Source of the DNA: Xanthomonas campestris pv. campestris str. ATCC 33913
Lineage (GTDB): Bacteria; Pseudomonadota; Gammaproteobacteria; Xanthomonadales; Xanthomonadaceae
Length of the DNA stretch: 32,000 bases
Direction of reading: 5' to 3'
Assembly (NCBI RefSeq): GCF_000007145.1
Contig: NC_003902.1
Span: 847,436-879,435 of the forward strand
Made by a program: the position numbers and the translations under genes. Positions 28,037 through 32,000 of this stretch are shown piece by piece. The notes below the pieces were generated by a model. It was given only the letters and a program-made list of their open reading frames with translations, was not told where the DNA came from and did no database searches. Every line of letters begins with the position of its first letter. Position 1 is the first letter of the stretch.

Positions 28037-28080
28037 GCGAACGGAGCAATCCGATTCCCCATTCCCGATTCCCCATTCAC
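28037..28080. repeat. Heptamer palindromic element copy 7 (HPE-7): collapsed or loop-less copy, or a second right arm for HPE-6
   Basis: Two degenerate left-type units, GCGAACG GAGCAATC (28037-28051), directly abut the right arm GATTCCC CATTCCC GATTCCC CATTCAC (28053-28080). This right arm complements the 27807-27842 left arm better than 27965-27992 does. Confidence 0.75.
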
Positions 28081-28101
28081 GGCATCAAAGAGGACACTGA
28101 C

Positions 28102-29331
28102 ATGGCACATTTTGAACTGATCGAAAAGATGGCTCCCAACGCGGTGATCAAGGTCGTCGGCGTCGGCGGCGGCGGTGGCAACGCGGTTGCGCACATGGTG
28201 AACACCAACGTCGATGGCGTGGAATTCATCACCGCCAACACCGACTCGCAGGCGATCAAGAACTGCGGCGCCAAGCTGCAGCTGCAGTTGGGTACCAACG
28301 TCACCAAGGGCCTGGGCGCAGGCGCCAATCCGGAAGTCGGCCGTCAGGCCGCGCTGGAAGACCGCGAGCGCATCATGGACGCACTGCAGGGCGCGGACAT
28401 GGTTTTTATCACCGCCGGCATGGGTGGCGGTACCGGTACCGGCGCCGCTCCGGTGGTCGCGCAGCTGGCCAAGGAGATGGGCATCCTGACCGTCGCCGTG
28501 GTCACCAAGCCGTTCCCGTTTGAAGGCCGCCGCCGCATGCAGGTTGCGCTCAAGGGCATCGAGGAACTGAGCCAGCATTGCGACTCGCTGATCACCATTC
28601 CCAATGAAAAGCTGATCACCGTGCTGGGCCGCAACGCCACCATGATCCAGGCGTTCCGCGCTGCCAACGACGTGCTGCAGGGCGCCGTGCAGGGCATCGC
28701 CGATCTGATCGTGCGTCCGGGCCTGATCAACGTCGACTTCGCCGACGTGCGCACCGTGATGTCGGAAATGGGCCTGGCCATGATGGGCACCGGGTCGGCA
28801 CGTGGCGATGACCGCGCGCAGGCCGCGGCCGAAGCCGCCATCCAGAACCCGCTGCTGGACGATGTCAACCTGGCCGGTGCCAACGGCATCCTGGTCAACA
28901 TCACCGCCGGCCCGGATTTCACAATGGCCGAGTTCGACGAGATCGGTCGCACCATCGAAGCGTTCGCCTCCGAAGATGCGACCGTGGTCGTCGGCACCGT
29001 GCTCGACCCCGACATGCAGGACGAAGTACGCGTCACCGTGGTGGCCACGGGCCTCAACCGTGCCGTTGCGCGGCAGACCCAGCGCCCGGACCAGCGCGCG
29101 CCAATCAAGCTGGTGCGCAATGCCACCACCGGCCAGCCGGAATTTGGCGACTTCGAGACTGGCGGTGACGCGGTGTCCAAGGCCGTCGGCGGCAGCATGG
29201 GCCTGGGCCTGCGTCGTCCGAGCAGCGACTCGGCCGGCAGCAGCAACGCTGGCGCGTCCACCCCGGCCGCCGCAGATCTGCCGAACGACTACCTGGATAT
29301 CCCGGCGTTCCTGCGCCGCCAGGCCGACTGA
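28102..29331 (+). CDS. ftsZ: Cell division GTPase FtsZ
   Basis: The track start (27961) reads through repeat arms. ATG 28102 (AGAGGA 8 nt upstream) gives [29 protein letters not shown]..., with the tubulin signature [13 protein letters not shown] and the C-terminal peptide [14 protein letters not shown]. Confidence 0.95.
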   Translation: MAHFELIEKMAPNAVIKVVGVGGGGGNAVAHMVNTNVDGVEFITANTDSQAIKNCGAKLQLQLGTNVTKGLGAGANPEVGRQAALEDRERIMDALQGADMVFITAGMGGGTGTGAAPVVAQLAKEMGILTVAVVTKPFPFEGRRRMQVALKGIEELSQHCDSLITIPNEKLITVLGRNATMIQAFRAANDVLQGAVQGIADLIVRPGLINVDFADVRTVMSEMGLAMMGTGSARGDDRAQAAAEAAIQNPLLDDVNLAGANGILVNITAGPDFTMAEFDEIGRTIEAFASEDATVVVGTVLDPDMQDEVRVTVVATGLNRAVARQTQRPDQRAPIKLVRNATTGQPEFGDFETGGDAVSKAVGGSMGLGLRRPSSDSAGSSNAGASTPAAADLPNDYLDIPAFLRRQAD

Positions 29332-29368
29332 CCGCCCCACGCTGCGCGCGGTTCGGCGCAGCGGCAAT

Positions 29369-29436
29369 GCCCCGGCAGCCGCCGGGGCGCCTGTCCTGTC
29401 CTTTTCTGCCGGGTCGGTGCCGACCCGGCAGCTTTT
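29369..29436 (+). terminator. Tandem hairpins after ftsZ; the second resembles an intrinsic terminator
   Basis: Hairpin 1 is GCCCCGGC-AGCC-GCCGGGGC (29369-29388). Hairpin 2 is CTGCCGGGTCG-GTGC-CGACCCGGCAG (29406-29431), followed by CTTTT (29432-29436). Confidence 0.6.
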
Positions 29437-29557
29437 GCAGCGGCGTGTATGGTGCGTTACAGTCTCCGTCACGCGTGATTTGTTAAAATTCGGCTAATCT
29501 CCCCCGATTAGACAGCCGGTTCAGCGTCTGTCTGCATTGCTCATACAGACTTCGCCC

Positions 29558-30469
29558 ATGACCCAGCAACGCACTCTCAAGAACACCATCCGCGCCACCG
29601 GCGTCGGCCTGCATAGCGGCGACAAGGTCTATATGACCCTGCGCCCTGCACCGGTCGATCACGGCATCGTGTTCCGTCGCGTCGATCTGGAGCCAGTAGT
29701 TGAAGTTCCTGCCGATGCCGAGCTGGTCACCGAGACCACGCTGTGCACGGGGCTGACCTGCAACGGCGCCAAGATCCAGACCGTGGAGCACCTGATGTCG
29801 GCACTGGCCGGCCTGGGTGTGGACAACGTGATCGTGGAGCTGTCTTCGGCCGAATTGCCGATCATGGATGGTTCCTCCGGCCCGTTCGTGTTCCTGCTGC
29901 AGTCGGCTGGCATCGTCGAGCAGAACAAGGCCAAGCGCTTCATCCGCATCAAGCAGCCGGTGGAAGTGCGCGAGGGCGACAAGGTCGCGCGCTTTGAGCC
30001 GTACGAGGGCTACAAGCTCGGTTTCACCATCGAATTCAATCACCCGATGATCCCGGCCAAGCAGTCACGCCAGGAGATCGAGTTTTCCACCTCCGCTTAC
30101 GTCAAGGAAATCTCGCGCGCCCGCACGTTCGGGTTCATGCGCGACCTGGAGTACATGCGCGAGCGCAACCTGGGACTGGGCGGCTCGATGGATAACGCCA
30201 TCGTGCTGGACGAGTTCCGCGTGCTCAACGAAGACGGCCTGCGCTACACCAACGAATTCGTCCGCCACAAGATCCTCGACGCCATCGGCGACCTGTACCT
30301 GGCCGGCGGCGCGATCCTGGGTGCCTACGAAGGCTTCAAATCCGGCCATGCGCTCAACAACAAGCTGGTGCGTGCGCTGCTGGCGGACCAGGCCGCATGG
30401 GAATGGGTCAGCTTCCCGGAAGGCACCGAGCAGCCGCCGGTGACCTACGCCAGCCCCGTCTATGCCTGA
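29558..30469 (+). CDS. lpxC: UDP-3-O-acyl-N-acetylglucosamine deacetylase LpxC
   Basis: ATG 29558 gives [32 protein letters not shown]..., 303 aa. It has the conserved [21 protein letters not shown] and [12 protein letters not shown] blocks. Confidence 0.93.
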   Translation: MTQQRTLKNTIRATGVGLHSGDKVYMTLRPAPVDHGIVFRRVDLEPVVEVPADAELVTETTLCTGLTCNGAKIQTVEHLMSALAGLGVDNVIVELSSAELPIMDGSSGPFVFLLQSAGIVEQNKAKRFIRIKQPVEVREGDKVARFEPYEGYKLGFTIEFNHPMIPAKQSRQEIEFSTSAYVKEISRARTFGFMRDLEYMRERNLGLGGSMDNAIVLDEFRVLNEDGLRYTNEFVRHKILDAIGDLYLAGGAILGAYEGFKSGHALNNKLVRALLADQAAWEWVSFPEGTEQPPVTYASPVYA

Positions 30470-30652
30470 TGTCAGGGATTTCCCTGGCACGGCCGCGAAG
30501 TGTGAACTGCGTCGGATTTCCGGTCCATTCTTAACGTTTATTTAAGCTTTCCCTAACTCCTGCGGCGTCCATGACCGCTAGGATGCGTCGGGTCGTGTGC
30601 GGTACTTCGCAATTTCTTCACGCACCGGCAGCCGCTTGCAGCGGCATGGACA

Positions 30653-31105
30653 TCACTTTTTGTTGGTCGATGGCACGTCGCGCAAGGACGCAAGTGCGTC
30701 ACGCAAGCCGTTACGCGTGGCCTCGGATACCGGCGTGTGTGGGCGGTCGCGGTGTTGCTGTGTTGGGGAATGCAGCGGCGCAGAGGCCGTCTTGACGGTC
30801 ACCGCGGTGACCTTCAGTCCGATGGATCGGGCGGCATCGAGCAATTGGGTTTCGGCAAGCCGCACCTTGGCATGCCAGACCGGCGAATCAACCAGAAAAA
30901 CGAGCTGTTCGCCTCGGACATTGGCCAACCGGCAACGGGTGGCGAGATGGGGCGGTAACAGGGGGCGCAACTGCCGATCCAGCGCGTCGAGCCACAACGC
31001 TCGGCGCAGAGGGTCGCCAGCCTTTTCCCCGAGCAGGGCCTCGACGGCTTGCTGCGGAACGGATGGGCTGCGTGCGTTGGACTTGGGCTTGGACATGACA
31101 CTCAT
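30653..31105 (-). CDS. DUF721 / DciA-like protein
   Basis: 150 aa. The central segment ALWLDALDRQLRPLLPPHLATRCRLANVRGEQLVFLVDSPVWHAKVRLAETQLLDAARSIG fits the DUF721 pattern (W..... h..H..p..l..g.L.v.v.s..Wa..lr). It sits in the lpxC-DUF721-M23 neighbourhood that I recall from Pseudomonas and Xanthomonas. The start is ATG 31105 or ATG 31096. Confidence 0.6.
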   Translation of the reverse strand: MSVMSKPKSNARSPSVPQQAVEALLGEKAGDPLRRALWLDALDRQLRPLLPPHLATRCRLANVRGEQLVFLVDSPVWHAKVRLAETQLLDAARSIGLKVTAVTVKTASAPLHSPTQQHRDRPHTPVSEATRNGLRDALASLRDVPSTNKK

Positions 31106-32000
31106 ATGGCGTTAAAGAAAGTCGTAATCAAATCTTGCGAGACCCGGGCCCAGCGGTTGGCCCGACAGTTCCAGGGCTTTGCCGCGGATCGACCGATGGT
31201 GGTGCTGGGTGCGGTACTGGGCCTGGGCATGCTGATCGGCGTCGGTGCGAGCACCGCCACCGGCATGGTGACCAATTCCGCGCTGCAGGCCAAGGTCGCG
31301 CAGCAGCAGACCGAGCTTGCGCAGGCGCAGCGCGCTTCGCAGGCCCAGGTCAACGCCCTGGCGGCACGCCTGGGTGAGTTGCAGGCGCAAGCCACCCGGC
31401 TCAACGCCCTGGGCGAGCGCCTGACCCAGATGGGCAAGTTGAAGGACGGCGAGTTCGACTTCGACGAGCCGGTCGGCGTCGGTGGCGGCGATGAGCCGGT
31501 CAACGACATGCCGGTGCAGTCGCTCAAGCAGGATCTGGGGCAGCTGGAGCAGCAGTTTTCCGCCTCCGGCCAGCAATTGAACGTGCTCGCCTCGCTGATG
31601 TTCGATCATCAGCTGGAGCAGAATTCCGTGCCGTCGCGGATGCCGATCCGCAACACCTACATCACCTCCGGCTTCGGTGGCCGCGCCGATCCGTTCGACG
31701 GTGGCTCCGCCTTCCACAAGGGTGTGGACTTCCACGCCAATGTGGGCGACCCGGTGATGTCGGTGGCCGACGGCGTGGTCAGCTATGCCGGTGTGCGCGG
31801 CGGCTACGGCAACGTGGTGGAAGTGGATCACGGCAATGGCTACGTCACCCGCTACGCGCACAACTCGCGCCTGGTGGTGAGGGTGGGCGATCTGGTCCGT
31901 GCCGGCCAGCAGGTGGCCAAGGCCGGGTCCAGCGGCCGTTCGACCGGTGCGCACGTGCACTTCGAGGTGTGGGCCGACGGCCGCGTGGTCAATCCGCGCA
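31106..32000 (+). CDS. M23 family metallopeptidase (coiled-coil N-terminal region, EnvC/NlpD-like), 3' end beyond the window
   Basis: My own translation of the open + frame gives a TM segment (MVVLGAVLGLGMLIGVGAS) and a Q/A/L-rich coiled coil. The LytM domain has FHKGVDFHANVGDPVMSVADG, GYGNVVEVDHGNGYVTRYAH and GAHVHFEV. The start is uncertain: ATG 31106, or the in-frame ATG 31196. The first 30 codons are AT-rich with rare codons. Confidence 0.8.
   Translation, partial: MALKKVVIKSCETRAQRLARQFQGFAADRPMVVLGAVLGLGMLIGVGASTATGMVTNSALQAKVAQQQTELAQAQRASQAQVNALAARLGELQAQATRLNALGERLTQMGKLKDGEFDFDEPVGVGGGDEPVNDMPVQSLKQDLGQLEQQFSASGQQLNVLASLMFDHQLEQNSVPSRMPIRNTYITSGFGGRADPFDGGSAFHKGVDFHANVGDPVMSVADGVVSYAGVRGGYGNVVEVDHGNGYVTRYAHNSRLVVRVGDLVRAGQQVAKAGSSGRSTGAHVHFEVWADGRVVNPR

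Noticed and set aside
14275-28080. The palindromic elements as Rho-independent terminators.
   Set aside because: None is followed by a U-tract. Three lie inside ORFs that are read through into tightly coupled downstream essential genes. Simple termination there would be lethal for an operon ending in ftsZ.
27961-28101. The N-terminal 47 codons of the track ftsZ ORF ([16 protein letters not shown]...).
   Set aside because: This peptide is simply the translated C-rich repeat arms. The conserved FtsZ N-terminus MAHFELIEK starts at ATG 28102, which has a good AGAGGA ribosome-binding site.
29481-29489. An extended -10-like TGTTAAAAT upstream of lpxC as an lpxC promoter.
   Set aside because: It is plausible, since it lies in an AT-rich patch after the ftsZ terminator. 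However, there is no acceptable -35 (TTACAG is 21 nt away) and no way to verify it from sequence. It is not listed as a feature.
30474-30491. The palindrome CAGGGATTTCCCTG just after the lpxC stop, as a minimal member of the heptamer family or as a terminator.
   Set aside because: It has a single 6-bp stem with a 2-nt loop, no heptamer phasing and no U-tract. The similarity to the family is limited to GGGA/TCCC. The evidence is insufficient.
31094-31196. Back-to-back divergent start codons (CATATG at 31103-31108) for the DUF721 gene and the M23 peptidase, implying a zero-length intergenic region.
   Set aside because: This is probably an artefact of taking the longest ORFs. Positions 31097-31140 are AT-rich, and the first M23 codons include rare TTA, GTA, TCT and AAA. 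That suggests a ~90-nt divergent promoter region, with the peptidase starting at the in-frame ATG 31196. I cannot decide from sequence alone, so both starts are noted in the feature.

Overview
High-GC (~65%) window from a gamma-proteobacterial chromosome. The protein sequences look Xanthomonas-like, but that is judged from memory and not verified. Almost all of it is conserved core genome. Gene order: 3' end of kdpB, kdpC, kdpD, kdpE (+); a low-GC orphan gene (-); an FAD-linked oxidase and a YdjM-like hydrolase (-); yraN and lpoA (-) divergent from rsmI (+); RNase P RNA (+); a ccdA/ccdB toxin-antitoxin pair (-); an NRDE-family gene (-). Then comes a complete dcw cell-wall and division cluster, mraZ-rsmH-ftsL-ftsI-murE-murF-mraY-ftsW-murG-murC-ddl-ftsQ-ftsA-ftsZ (+), joined almost entirely by ATGA/GTGA stop-start overlaps. 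It is followed by lpxC (+), a DUF721/DciA-like gene (-) and the 5' part of an M23 peptidase (+). I find no convincing new multi-gene system such as a defence island or biosynthetic cluster. The main structure not explained by gene annotation is a family of palindromic elements built from 7-nt units, 5'-(GGGAATC-like)n, variable loop, (GATTCCC-like)n-3'. There are seven copies: one at kdpC/kdpD and six inside the dcw operon. Four copies are read through as C-terminal tails of KdpC, RsmH, MurG and FtsQ. One has expanded into a perfect 10-unit microsatellite ending 1 nt before the kdpD start codon. One left arm and two right arms fill an unusually long 295-nt ftsA-ftsZ spacer. Secondary items are a compositionally foreign orphan ORF with an R-x4-H (HEPN-like) motif, a ccdAB islet whose promoter and operator overlap the stop codon of the neighbouring gene, and phased MraZ-box-like repeats upstream of mraZ. 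Many long ORFs in the supplied track are antisense or alternate-frame artefacts of high GC content. Several track start codons are too far upstream and were re-assigned.
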